From the NCBI RefSeq assembly GCF_009914755.1, contig NC_060937.1: a stretch of DNA of 64,000 bases; one strand, 5' to 3'. Shown here piece after piece: positions 1 through 13,950 of the stretch. The notes beneath the pieces are model-generated. The model was not told the origin of the DNA and did not search any database. It saw only the letters and a program-made list of their open reading frames with translations. Origin of the DNA: the human T2T-CHM13v2.0 reference genome, Homo sapiens. Numbering within the stretch: the first letter of the stretch is position 1; each line of letters opens with the position of its first letter. The translations under genes were made by a program, and so were the position numbers.

Positions 1-330
1 TCATGTAAGAGGTCCTTCTAGCTTGCTGGAGATACCATGTGGAGAAGTGATGAGACCACAGGGAAGAACAGCCCATTTGAGCACAACCTGCAGCCACACC
101 CACCAGAAGACCACATGTGTGGATGACGCTGCGCTGGAATCTCCAGACAGGCCAGTTTTGCTGGCTGAACATCACGGAGTGCCATGGTTAACACCACACT
201 GAGAAGAATCACAGAGCCAAGCTCTGCCCAAACTGGTGACTCACAAAATCATGAGATATGATAAACAGTTTGTTGATTTCCACTACCAAGTTTCAGAGTA
301 ATCTGTTGTACAGTATTAGATAACTGGGCG
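1..330 (+). mobile_element. MLT1-type MaLR LTR, 3' part
   Basis: Typical MLT1 end ...aatctgttgtacagtattagataactgg. Confidence 0.6.
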
Positions 331-377
331 ACAGCTTACTGTTTAAGCAAAACAAATAACAATGCTGGGTTGATAAC

Positions 378-789
378 TGATGTGGCTTGGATGTTTTGTC
401 CCCTCCAAATCTTATGGTGAAATGTGATGCCCAATGTTGGAGGTGGAACCTGGTGGGAGGTGTTAAATCATGGGGGCACTCTAGGGCTTAGCTTAGCGCC
501 ATCCCCTTGGTGATGAGTGAGTTCTCACTCAGTTCATGCAAGATCTGGTGGTTTAAAAGAGTTTGGGGCCTCTCCTTTCTCTCTCTCTTGCTCCTCCTCT
601 TGCTATGTGACACATTGGCTCCACTTTGCCTCCTGCCATGATTGTAAGCTTCCTGAGGGCTCACCAGAAACAGAAGCTGCTATGCTTCCTGTACAGCCTG
701 CAGAATCACGAGTCAATTAAACCTCTTTTCTTTATAAATTACTCAGTCTCTGGTATTTCTTTATAGCAACACAAGAATGGACTAACACA
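378..789 (+). mobile_element. MST (MSTB-like) MaLR solo LTR
   Basis: TG...CA termini, MST-like body, 5-bp TSD ATAAC (373-377, 790-794). Confidence 0.9.
661..697 (-). CDS. SOHLH2: SOHLH2 alternative terminal exon (coding part, R-LYRKHSSFCFW-stop) inside an antisense MST LTR; gives a 225-aa isoform
   Basis: Acceptor ttctgcAG|G at 699-698; phase 2 matches exon 6; TGA at 663-661; peptide agrees with my recollection of a short SOHLH2 isoform. Confidence 0.75.
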
Positions 790-1958
790 ATAACATATGT
801 AAAAGTAAAATGTATGACAACAATAAGAAAAAATGAAAGAAGGTAAATAGAAATATGCTGTTGTATTTTAAGGGCATAATATCAATTCAAGGTAGATTAT
901 GATAAGTTAAAGATGCATATCATAATCCCTAGAGCAACCAATAAAAAATAGTTACAGCTAAAAAGTCAATGAAAGAGATAAAAAGAAATGCTAAAGTATA
1001 CCTGATAAATCCAAAGGAAGGCAGGTAATGAGAATAAAAGGAAAAAGAAAATAGATTAGACTAATGAACACAAATAGAAAAATTGTGAACCTAAAACCGC
1101 ACTTAACAGTAAGTATATTATATGAAAACGAACAACAGAGATTGTCAGAATGAGTAAAAAATAACAACAAGATTCAACGACATGCTATTTACAAGGGACA
1201 CTCTTTAAATATAAAGACATATACAGATTAGAAAAAAACCATGCAAATACTAATCACAAGAAAGCTATATTAATATCAAAGTAGATTTTTTAAGACAGGG
1301 AGTACTAGCATAGAAAAATTAGCATTATCATTTCCTTAGGATAAGTGGGTCAATTCAGCAAGAAGACAGGCATCTAACAACAGAATCTCAAACTACATGA
1401 AGCAAAAACTCTCAGGAAGAAAGGGAAAAAGAGTTGTCACTGAAAAACTTAACCCTCAAAAAATCAGTAAGGGAGCAGAATATATGAAAAACACTATTGA
1501 CTAATTCTACCTCATTAATATTTATAGAATACTACACCCCCCAAACAGAAGAATACAGTCTTTTCAAATGCATATAGAACATTCATCAAGGGAGAACATG
1601 CTTTGGGCCATAAAACAAGTTTCAGAAAATAACAAAGGACAGAAACTTTACAAAGCATGTTTTCAGATGACAGCATAATTAAATTATAAATCAATACCTA
1701 GAAAGTCTCCAAACATTCAAGTTAAGTTATACACTTCTAAACAGTGAAAAGACTTACTAGTGAAAAGAAAAAAATCACAAGGGATATGAGAAAATATTTT
1801 GAACTGAATGATAGTGGAAATATATCAAAGTTGATGAGATGCAGCTGAAGCAATGCTTAGAGAAAAACTTTTATAAAGGAAAAGTTTTAGCTTTAAGTGC
1901 TTATATTAGAAAAGAAGAAAAGGTTAAAATCAATGATGGAAGTTTCTACCTAGAAAGA

Positions 1959-2280
<322 letters not shown>

Positions 2281-2283
2281 CTA

Positions 2284-2678
2284 CTTTTTAAATACTTCAA
2301 GTTCTGGGATACATGTGCAGAACGTGTAGGTTTGTTACATATGCATACATGTGCCATGGTGGTTTGCTCCACCCATCAACCCGTTATCTAGGTCTTTAAG
2401 CCCCGCATGCATTAGGTATTTGTCCTAATGCTCTCCCTCCCCTTTCCCCTCAACCCCCCGACAGGCCCTGGTGTGCAATATTCCCCTCCCTGTGTCCACG
2501 GGTTCTCATTGTTCAACTCCCACTTATGAGTGAGACCATGCGGTATTTGGTTTTCTATTCCTGTGTTAGTTTGCTGAGAATGCTGGTTTCCAGCTTCATC
2601 TACGTCCCTGCAAAGGACATGAACTCATTCTTTGTTATGGCTACATAGTATTGTGTGGTGTATATGTGCCACATTTTC
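2284..2678 (-). mobile_element. 5'-truncated L1PA (L1PA7/8-like) 3' end
   Basis: aagttctgggatacatgtgcagaacg... L1PA 3' UTR; aaagac+T-run flanks both sides of the AluY+L1PA block. Confidence 0.85.
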
Positions 2679-2710
2679 AAAGACTTTTTTTTTAAAAAGC
2701 AAAGTATAGA

Positions 2711-3148
<438 letters not shown>

Positions 3149-5364
3149 CTAGACTGATCAAGAAACAAGGCAGAAAACACAATTTATCAATACCGGGAAT
3201 GAAAAAAGCCATCATCACAGACCTGTAGATGTTAAAACGATAATAAGATCATGTTGTTAAACAAATGTGACACTTAAGATTAAATGGACAAATTTCTTGA
3301 AAGACATAAATTAACCAAACTGACACAGAAAAAAACAGCCAAAAGGAAAAAATAGGGAATTTAGTCCTATAATAATTACAGAAATTGAATATGTAATTAA
3401 AATTTTCCCACGAAGAAAATTCCAAGCCTAGATGACTTCACCGTTGAATCCTATCAAACATAACATTTCTACACAAATTGTTTCAGAAAACAGAAGGTTT
3501 TCCATTTCATTTTATATGACCAGTATGAGATAAAGACATTGTAAGAAAACTGCAAACCAATATCTTTCATAAACACAGATGCAAAAATTGTTAACAAAAT
3601 ATTAGCAAATATAATCCAGCAATAAACAAAAATTATCTACACCTTAAGACAAAGTGAAGTTTTGCATTTAAAAAAATCAGTCATAATCACCACATTAACA
3701 AACAAGAGGAGAAATTATCATCTTACTAGATAGAGAAAAAAAGACTGACAAAATTTTACATCCATTCATGATAAAATCCTAAACTAAGACTAGAAGGAAA
3801 CATTTTTTTAAGCTGATAAAAAAGCATGCACAAAAGGCCACAGCTTACATCATATGTGATGGTAAAAGACTTAACATTTTCCCTCTAAGATCTGAAACAA
3901 GGCACGGATGTCTACTTGGGGCTCTCCTCTGTATAAATGTGTCTCAAACAAACAAGGACTCACAGGGAAAGGTATCTGGGCCAGATACAACTTGGAACCC
4001 TCTGAGAACTGCCTGTTCTACCTTTCTTGAATCTTTAAGACTTGTCTAGTCCTGGAAAAGTCTTCATTTGTGGGACACTATGGCAAAGCTCAACATTTCC
4101 CTTCTTCTCAAGTGAATAGACACCCCCAAAATTATTACACCACCATCATGTCAGACTCATGGGTACACAAAAATGTGATGACATCATTTGGAGAATACAC
4201 ACTTTACAAGATAAAAACATGTTTATGTATTTATAAATATATAATGAATGGGATTTCACCAAGAATATAAGAATTAGCTAATTTTGATTAATATGTTCTA
4301 ATAAGAATGCGAGTATCAGAGAAAAAAATTTCCCAAGTGCAAAAATATTGGCCAGAACCATCGTTTCCTTAACATTAGCAAACATCATGTTGCCCTACTG
4401 CTTAAAAACAAACAAAAACCCAAAACCATATGTAAAGCAGGTGAGTGGAAGAGGAGGAGGAAGAAAGGAAACAGACTAGAAGCAACGATTTCAGATTCAC
4501 AGGCATGGTCAGAAGGGTTAAGAGGGAAAGACAAAAACTAATCAGGGATGGTGTTTACCTCCTGGGAGCTCCCAGGCAAATCTCTAAAGAGAAAGGGGGA
4601 GGTCCTTGTCACAGCTCTTCTTTTTGAGAAACAAAGATTTCTAGTCCTTCAAATAATGCCACAGATGTGAACAACCCCAAAGCATCTTTTCAGTCTACTA
4701 GATGAGTGGTTTTAGATTTTAGTTTTCATCAACCATTAAAATTTTAAAAAGAAAACTAACACGTAACTTTGGGGGACCAATAAAGGATTCCCACCATTAG
4801 ATCTGGACATGAAAAATAATGAAAAAACAAGGAATAAATGTTTCCTCGCATCATTTCATTATAATCATTTGCTAATATCAACATTATTTTAACATCAAAT
4901 AAAGTATGGAGAATACAATCGTAGGATATCAATTGTATAATATGTAGCTTTAAAAAATACTCAGTGCACTGTATTTTTCTCATTTGGCTTCAGATGAATG
5001 AGATCTATGGGACAGCACTGGCCAGCGGGCCCTAAGTCTTGACCTAGCAAGGCAGCAGTCATGGGAATGAAGCCCTTTAGAGCCAGAGTAGCCTATCCAC
5101 CATCCCATCCCATCAAGCCCAAACCCCATCATCTTCCCACTAATCTTCAGCAGATGGAGGGGGACCATTCAGCAAAGAACTTGCTCAACTTCCTCCCTGA
5201 TCGGGCCCCATCGAAAAATTCATGTGAATTCACATTGAGCCTAAACTCCTCCTCTCCATTTTCCATGGAAGAGACATTCTTCCACCCGGTTCTGGATTCC
5301 CTTGCCTTCTGCCTCCTCAGGGATGCTCACTCCATCACCAACACCTCCTCATCAGCTGCGGGGG

Positions 5365-5860
5365 ATTAAAATTATTTGACCTTCCTCCCACTGACAGGTG
5401 GGGTCTATGTGCCTCCCCTTGGATCTGGGTAGACCCTGTGATGGCTCTGACCACTAGCATATGGTAGAAGTGGCCTGGGCCCAGGCCTGAAGAGACTGGC
5501 AGCGTCCCCTTCCTGTCTCTTGAAACACTCTCTCTAGGAGCCCTAAGCCACCATGAAAGAAGTCCAATGACACTAAAACTACTCTGCTGGAAAGGCTTCA
5601 GTTGACAGCCCCCGCTGAGCTCAGACTTCCAACCCATGCTGGCAAAAGTCCAGATACGCAATGTCTTGGACCCTCCTGACTGGACCATCCACCAGCTGAA
5701 AACTATGAGTACCTCAGTTAATGTCATGTAGGCAGAAGAATTGCTTGGCTGAGCCCTGCTCGAACTGCTAACCCATAAAAACATAGTTACAATAAAATGG
5801 TGGTTGTTTCAAGCCAGTAAATCTTGTTTTAATTTTTATGCAACCACAGATAACTAGAAT
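5365..5860 (+). mobile_element. MLT1 (H-like) LTR
   Basis: MLT1 body and end ...aaaatggtggttgtttcaagccag...gataactagaat. Confidence 0.7.
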
Positions 5861-5879
5861 ATGAGGATCTTCAAAACTT

Positions 5880-7340
5880 CTTTCTCTCTCTCAGCTGCTT
5901 CTTTTGTAACATAAGCATATTAAAGTCTGGCCTCTTATCAAAATCTCGTACTTTACCCTCAGTCCCTTTGTAAATACTTCACACCTTCATTTCATCTGTG
6001 TTCCTGTCTTTCTTTCTGCAATGGTGCTTCTTCTCTAACCATACCAATGAAATTATTTTTGCCAAGATCAATGACATCTAGGTCTGGCTCAATACAAATA
6101 GTCAGTTACCAGCTCTTAACCTTACTTGATCTCTCTGCATCACATGATACTCCTGAGCACCTGTTCCTTTAGGAAATTCCTCTCCCCTGGTCTGCTCAAT
6201 ACCACTGCCTCTTGGTATTCTTCTTATCTCCTTAGTAACTCTTTGTGTTCCCCATGGATTCCTTCTCTGCTGCCTGTACCTTAAATACTGAGAATCTTTC
6301 TAAGGTTCTTTTCTCCACTAGTCCCTTCTCTACGTGCTTCCCACAATCATCCTATATCCATCCCTATGTCCATTGCTTCAAAGAAATGCTGTGTCCTCAT
6401 TCCTCTGAGCCTGTATTTCTAAGCCTAGACCTTTCTCTAGAATCAAAGGGCCAACTCTGCACTCCAAGAGGTATTCAAACCTAGAAGTATTCAAGCTCAA
6501 CAAGAGTAAAAATAAAAATATATTTACCTCACACTGCCATTCTACTGTCCTTCTTCGTCAGTGGATGGTGTCACCATCCACTTGGGAGTTACACCTCACT
6601 TATCCTTAGCCATGCTCATGCTGATTCTTCCTAGTTAATACATCTAGAATTGGCTTATTCCTCTCTATCTCATTGCTAACACCATAGCTCAGGAAATTAT
6701 CATTTCTTATTATAGACTACTTCTGGCCTCCAGATGCAATTCACTGTGTTACATCCTATTAGAGTGTTCATTCTAAGGTATAAATCTCATCATAACACTC
6801 CTTTGCTAAAATCCTTTAGCAACTGCCCAACAGACTAGGTTATAATTTGAATTTCATAGCATGAAATACCCAGCCCCTACTTACTACCTCTCATCTTTTG
6901 CCTCTTCCCCCTTGTGACCTGATGGCCAACCATATGGACATACATGCAGTTCCATAAATTCACTGGACTCTCTAAGACTGCCAGCCTCTGTACCTATTAT
7001 TCCCTCCATATAAAATACCCTTCCCTGATTTCCAAACCAAATTAATTGCAACGTGTGGAAAGCTCAATTTAGCTACTGCCATCTCAAGAAAACTTTTACT
7101 GTCCCCTTACTCTGTCTTAGAAAACTTTCCTAGTGTCCTTATTTTGTGTTCTCATCATGACATGTATTAAAAAGCATAATTTTCTACTTAATAGCCTATT
7201 TAAAAGTCTGTCTGAGCACTAGACTCAGAACACCTTTGAAGGCAGGGACTTACTTTTTATATCAGTTCTCCAATCCTTCTTTGGCATGCACTGCAGACTC
7301 AGAAACATTTATTGAATGACTACAAGGCTGAATGAGTGAG
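5880..7340 (+). mobile_element. L2 relic
   Basis: Pyrimidine-rich L2 body ending ...acatttattgaatgac...gaatgagtgag. Confidence 0.6.
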
Positions 7341-7469
7341 TGGCATCTATTTGTTTGCTAAGTTTACTAGTTTCACTTATACTTTTAATAATACTACAAA
7401 AAATTATAAAATTCATTAATTTCTCCCTACAAAAGAATAATGCTTAAAAAGTGCTATATTAAAATTCAC

Positions 7470-7580
7470 CTTCTTAGTTTTTCCTTGCTTGAATGAAGAA
7501 GAGAGATCTTTTTGTTTTTCTCGAACTCTGACAACGAAGCATTTAATTCAAGCCCATTGCCATTCCTTAAAGATTCAGAG
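7470..7580 (-). CDS. SOHLH2: SOHLH2 exon 6 (SESLRNGNGLELNASLSEFEKNKKISLLHSSKEKLRR), ends in the bHLH basic region; remaining canonical exons lie left of the window
   Basis: Acceptor ttgtttctAG|C, donor AAG|GTGAAT, 111 nt; cumulative CDS 641 nt. Confidence 0.95.
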
Positions 7581-9318
7581 CTAGAAACAAGAGAAAATCA
7601 CACCATACATTAAAGGGGAAAATTGTCGGGCAAAATTAAATAATACGCACCAATACACTAAACAAAGGATGCTTCTCTAAGTCTCTTGCTTCATACAAAG
7701 GGGCAATAAGTGTCAAAACACCATATCTTAGACATTTGGTGCAGAATGTTTATTTCAAAATTTCAAAAGAATATATTATCAAAATCATCCTAAATTCAAT
7801 GACTGATCAAAATTCTAAAATAAATTGTTAACAATACATACAAGCAGGATTAAAACATTCTGACCTTATCAATTATGACTACACCATATTATATGACTAT
7901 GCACCCTTCAGAAGGAAAGGTACATTACAGGAAAAAAGCATAAAGGATTAGAAGGACAAGATACACCCTAGGCCAACCCAACCAGCAAAGCGCAGGTTCC
8001 CTCCATTTTAAAATTTGTCATTTAATGGACATTTTCTGGCTCTACTATTTTTGCAGAACTTCTTCAGGCATTCTGATTGATTTAAAAATACATTAATCTA
8101 AGAAACTTGCAAACTAATCCTATTTCCTCTATCCTAAGAGATATAACTTGATTTGAAAATTTTATTTACAGTGGTAGGATACTGAGGGAAGACAGAAGGA
8201 TTCAAGATGAGTAGAGATCAAAAAGCACATGCATACTATGTAGTCATAAAAACTTTTTTAAAAAGAAAAGCAGTTGCAAGTAATATAAGAAAATTAAGAC
8301 CTTCCAAAACCTTTCCCAACCCCATATCCTAGATAAGGGTTAATACGGCAAGCCTCTTTAAGATTAAAATGTTAAATAAGACCAAGAAAGCTGTTGATAT
8401 CTCTGCGTTACCAAAGTCAGCTTTGGTTTAACCACACTTACTGACTGCCAAGTCCCTTTCTTGTTCAAAACAGTAGATGGCCACATTCTACAAATTCTGG
8501 AAGTGACTAACTTAAAATTCTCACCATCATCAGTACGCATGCCCTCAGCAGTTATGTCCATTCTTTGTATCCCTAGGCTCTACTTAAAACCTCCTTGGAA
8601 ATCAGCTTAAAGTGAAGGGAAGAAATTCACAAAAATTGAATTTTATAAGCATACTAGCATTGGAAGGAAGGGTCTGATCCCCAGTTCAACTGCCTACCCA
8701 ATCCAGGTTTGAATGCCAGTTCTAATGTCTATGAGAGAGAGAGAGACAGAGAAACACAAGGAGACACAGAGACACACACTAAAACTTGCCTTGTATACCA
8801 AACAAGAAGATTCCAAAAGCTACATGAGGTACGTAAAAGATACTAAATCCTTTTTAAAGGGAGATTTTCAATAACTGGGTGGATAGGTTCATGAGTTCGA
8901 GAAAGACAATGGGAAGAAGCAGAGTAGTAGGTGTATAACAGGTGAGGCTGCTCTTGTCTGTTTAAATATTGGGGTTCCATGTAAAATTTTTGTTTGAGGA
9001 ATTTCACTGTTTTTATGAAGTTTAAATACCACTGCGCTATTTAACTTTGCTTAGTGATAACATAGACTCTAATACTGATCATATTCCCCAATGATGGGGA
9101 ACTCACTACCTTACAATTTGACCTGTTCCCCTGTGGTCAAGTCTAATTGTTTATGAAGTATTTCCTTATATTAAGTTGAATACTTCTGTAATGTGTACCC
9201 ACAGTGCCAGCTCAGGATTCTTAAGTACAGCAAATGCTGCACCCCTCTTCCACAAAATAGCCACAATCAATAAGTTCTCTAAAAATATTGCTATTATGAA
9301 AAAGAACAAAAAACTAAC

Positions 9319-9418
9319 CAGGCAAATAGATCAGTAGGAAAATATCCCAGGTGTTCGCTGTAGGACCTCTGCAGGGGCAATCCAAGTTCTTCAGGCCCAG
9401 TTGCGTTTTCAGTCTTAA
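9319..9418 (-). CDS. SOHLH2: SOHLH2 exon 5 (VKTENATGPEELGLPLQRSYSEHLGYFPTDLFAC)
   Basis: Acceptor actttcAG|TT, donor CTG|GTTAGT, 100 nt, frame continuous. Confidence 0.95.
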
Positions 9419-10142
9419 CTGAAAGTTTTGAGAGGGGAACTATTTATTTCTGAAGTCACTTAAGGAGATGACGCTAATCAAACACACAAGCCCCAATCCT
9501 TAATGCAGTTGTCTTTTACTCAATAGATTTTACAAAGCAGTATTTTTAAAACTGAAAGCAATTTATAGATTTCTGTGAAATATAAAACCACCTAGGTTAG
9601 AAAGCAAAAACTAAAATACTCTATATTATTTACCCCGGGATACCTTTAAGCCAGATTCTAGTCACTTAGTGACAGGTGTGCTTAAAACACATTCGACTGA
9701 GTTATTTATCAAGTTCCTATTTATAGGTAAATGTCAGGAGACAAAAAACACGCATGAGTCTTCAACAAGCAGCTGCACTGTCGAAATATAGCATCTGAAA
9801 AAAATTTTTTCCTTTTTTGCAGCTGCTCATCCTTAGAGCAAAGACGAGACAACTGGAAGCAGACATGGTCATGACCAACAGAGGGGCATGGGCAGGTGAC
9901 GAGCAGCTGCTCTATTTCACTGAGAACCAAATAAGAAGAGGTTGCAAAAGCCCTCGGTCACCAAAGTTAGCCATTTCCAGGAAGAACCACAAGGGCTGGG
10001 AGCCACTGGAATGTCACAAACAGACTCACTCATCTGAATATTTAAAAAGAACATTAAAAAAGGACTGTTAAAGTAAATCTCATATAATCATTATCAGGAG
10101 AATCCAGAAAATGTCTTTCAGGCCCATTTTAAGAAAAAATCA

Positions 10143-10442
10143 TCTTAATTTTGCCAGCTTTATTAAAGTATAATTGACAATTCGAAATTGTACATATTTA
10201 AGGTGTACAACTTGAGTTGATAATATACATATATATTGTGAAATAATCACCACAATCAAGTTAATTGACATATCTATCACGTCACATCGTTACCTTTTCT
10301 GGTGATGAGAACACGTAAGATCTACCCTCTCAGCAAATTTCAAGTAGACAATACAGTATTGTTAACTATAGTCACACTGTGTATATTAGACCCCCAGAAT
10401 TTGTTCATCTTATATAACCAAAACCTTGTACCCCTTGACCAA
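10143..10442 (-). mobile_element. L1MA-type 3' end
   Basis: cagctttattaaagtataattgacaa...tgtaccccttgaccaac. Confidence 0.75.
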
Positions 10443-11144
10443 CAATAGTCCCAATTTAACATCATCTTAATTTTAAAAGATTTCTTATTTAGTATCCCAG
10501 GCCGAGAAAGACCAAAAATAGTCACTGACCAATAATGATTCCAGTAGAATTTAATTTCCGTAATTGGAGTCTGTCCTTTCACAAGCCAAATGAAAGCTAG
10601 TTTAATTAAAGTGTTTAGATACTGGTGATATGCTTAATATAATAGGCAAAGAGTTTAGAAATGTGAGGTCTAATTGAAGCATTGACATTAATCCTCTGCA
10701 TCTAAAATCTGAAACAGAAAGGGCAACCACCCTATTAACTTTAAGAAGTAAAATAATTTCTATGCAAGTGTTTTGCAAAGAAGAAAGCACAATACAATTG
10801 TAGGTTAGGGCCCCTGGCTTTTAGATAATCACACAATGACACAGCACAGTTAATTCCATTTTAATGAGTAAGAAATTATGGTAGCTAGGCTACCAAAAAA
10901 GAAAGAAAAACAGTAACACAATGCTGCTTCAACCCCCCACCCAAAACCCTGTGCCTACCGCAGCACTGTATTTGCCCTTGGGCAACACATTCTAAACCTC
11001 TGAAGATGTAGTTTTTTTCTTTCCAGGTAAAGAATACATATTTCTCCCTTTATTTTATTTATGCTTGTTTTTGTCAGAATATATGAGCAGAGTTTTCAAA
11101 GATTTTAATTCAAATTTTGAAACCTTTGGAAATTTTTTACTCAC

Positions 11145-11249
11145 CAGTGTTTGAGGGACATGTTGTCCAGTATTTTACCACATTACTCATTTTTTCCATT
11201 GTCAGTGGTTCAGTTAAAGCAATATCCATTCCATGCCCTGAAATACAAC
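11145..11249 (-). CDS. SOHLH2: SOHLH2 exon 4 (GCISGHGMDIALTEPL...CPSNT)
   Basis: Acceptor attcttAG|GT, donor CTG|GTGAGT, 105 nt, frame continuous. Confidence 0.96.
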
Positions 11250-11329
11250 CTAAGAATCTTTATATTAAATATTGACCTTATAGTTTCTATTTAGAGAAAA
11301 AACAAATACTATATTTAGCAGGTACATAC

Positions 11330-11391
11330 CTTTAAAATTTTCAGGGATTATAAAAACAAACAGTGAATGTGTATTTTTCTTTTTGCCAAAT
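11330..11391 (-). CDS. SOHLH2: SOHLH2 exon 3 (FGKKKNTHSLFVFIIPENFK)
   Basis: Acceptor ctctctcAG|A, donor AAG|GTATGT, 62 nt, phase-compatible; followed by an 80-nt intron. Confidence 0.96.
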
Positions 11392-12509
11392 CTGAGAGAG
11401 GAAAGAAAATGTTAAAATGAAGCAAAATCATTATTCAAAAAATTGAGATTCAGGAGTTTAGCTTATTAGGAACTAACTACAGTGATTTTCTTCATTTCTT
11501 TAGAATTTAAAATAATATCATTAATATGGAAATTTAGTAAAAGTAGCATCTCAAATCAGTGAGGAAAGAGATGAATCACTTTTTCTTAAAAATGAAAAAA
11601 AAAAGCCTAAACTTTATCCAAATTTTTGGTCAGATCATCAGTTTACAAGAATTTTGTGGAAAGAAACATTTTAAAGAACATCATGGGAATGAAACAAGCA
11701 GAATCTAGAATGGGGGGAATTCTGTAAGACAAATGACTCCTTTTAAATATATATATAATTAAAGAACAAGACAAGAAAAAGGAAAGTTGAATCCTGATTT
11801 GTATAAACTCACAGTTTAAAAAAAATCATAAGGATAAGCAGGGAAATTTGAATGCTAATGGGATATTTGACAATACTAAGAAGTGATTACTAATTTTCAG
11901 GTATAATATGGGTTTTGTGGTTATTCTCTGAGTCCTCACCTTAGAGAGGTACCAATTAAAGTATTTATGGATGAAATAAAACAGTATTTTAGATTTGTCT
12001 TAAAATAATCCACTGGTGGGCAGGGGTGGGAAGGTAGGGAGAAACATGATGAGCCAGATGTGGGTAACCGCTGAGGCTACATTATGGGTGTATTATTATA
12101 CTCTCTCCCCTTTTATTTCTTGAAATTTTTCAAATAAAACTTTTTTCTTAAAGTGGCATTATAGTTCACTAAACTCAGTACAGTAAGTCTGGAATTCGAT
12201 AATTGGATGGATACTGAGCCTTGGCATTAGCCAAAATGAAATGATTTGCAGGGAGAATGTGACTGTGAAAGAGATTTTAAAGAGAACAGTTTAAAACTAC
12301 CTAAGAAAAGCAAACTATTCTCAAATACTTTAAAACATCATTTATTAGCATGTGGTTATATATGGTTATTATTTATTTATTAAAATGAGAACTGGGATCA
12401 CCCCCACTGTATAACATTGTTAGTTTATCTTACATATGCATTTGGAAGTAAGTATACATTCTATATTTCAAATTACATTATATATTAATATAAATTTATA
12501 TATCTGAGT

Positions 12510-13200
12510 CATATATATTGAGAACCTCTTATGTGCCAGCTCTGTGCTAGGCTCTGGGGGATATCATGGTAAACAGACAGACAAGGTTCCTGCTCTCACA
12601 CAGCTGGAGGTCTTGGGGCAAAAAGACATTAAACGAATCATTATAGATAATTTTATGGCTGAAAATGTGTCCAATGCCAGGAAGGAAAACCAAAAGGGCC
12701 AAGAGGAGTCCACGTCTGGGCACCAACCTGCCTCAGCAGCCTTGGGGAAGGCTTCCAGGCAGACAACCCTTGGTGCTGGCTAGACACAGAAAAGGCTGGG
12801 GAGAGGGGGAGGGCAGAAAGCAGATGTGCAGCACAGAACACTCTGGGCAAAAGGCACAGCATATGCAGGAGCCCTGGGGTGGTCGAGAACAGGTGAGTTT
12901 GAGAAGGTACAAGATGTCCAGGAAAGCTCTGGCACAGGGCATCTGAGGAAGAAAAGCATAAGTGGAGACCAAAGAGCGAGGGAGGGCTGGGCTCTGCTCA
13001 CAGAAGGCCTGTTAGGCCACAGGAAAGGTTTGGTATTGAAGAAAAATGGGCAACGGAAAGCTATGAAGCTCAGGAGCAACCAACACAATTACATTTGCAT
13101 TTTAGAAAGACCACTCTGCCTATGATGGGATGCGCTGATAGGGGTGACACAGGTGGACTGGAAAGACCCTAGGGCAGTGATCCAGGCAAGAGCTGATGGT
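12510..13200 (-). mobile_element. L2 relic
   Basis: attgagaacctcttatgtgccagctctgtgctagg = reverse L2 3' end. Confidence 0.7.
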
Positions 13201-13609
13201 AAGGAAAGCGGGCATACCCGTGAACCTTTGGTAAAGTTAAATATTTCAGAGTATTTACTAAATTAATTACTTCAGACTAGCAGGATTATTAAGAAAATGT
13301 GACACCACATTGACATCCATTCAGACTTGATTCTGTGCTATGAATTCTGGGGAGTTTAGGCTGAGAGAGAGGAAAGGAAAGAATATATGGTTTCTATGAG
13401 GAAATGAGAAACTCAGAATATTATCATCAAAATAGGCATATGCAGGAGGGAGGATAGAGTTTGCCTGGCCAACCAAATGTGGAGGTAAGAAAGGCACTTC
13501 CTACACTGGTGTAGGTGGTGTGGTGACACAGAGGGAATAGGGGGATCAGAATGATGCCTGCCAGGATGTCAGCATTTCATATATATATGAAAATAAATAT
13601 ATACATTTT

Positions 13610-13617
13610 AGACAGAC

Positions 13618-13652
<35 letters not shown>

Positions 13653-13950
13653 TTTTTTTTTTTTTTTGAGACAAGGTCTTGCTTTGTCACTCAGGCGGGA
13701 GTGCAGTGGCGTGGTCAAGGCTCACTACAGCCTCACCCTCCCAAGCTCAAGCGATCCTGTACCTCAGCCTCCCAGGTAGCTGGGACTACAGGTGTGTGCC
13801 ATTACACTCGGCTATTTTTTTGTATTTTTAGTAGAGATGGGTTCTCACTATGTTGCCCAGGCTGGTCTCAAACTCCTGGCCTCAGGCAATCTTCCCGCTT
13901 CAACCTCCCAAAGTGCTGAGATTACAGGCAAGAGCCACTATGCCTAGCCT
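13610..13950 (-). mobile_element. AluJ with adjacent (GACA)n(GATA)n microsatellite at 13610-13650
   Basis: Reverse Alu dimer with J-type positions; tetranucleotide run next to the tail. Confidence 0.85.

Noticed and set aside
5335-5784. 149-aa ORF, the longest in the track
   Set aside because: Lies within an MLT1 LTR; no recognisable protein features
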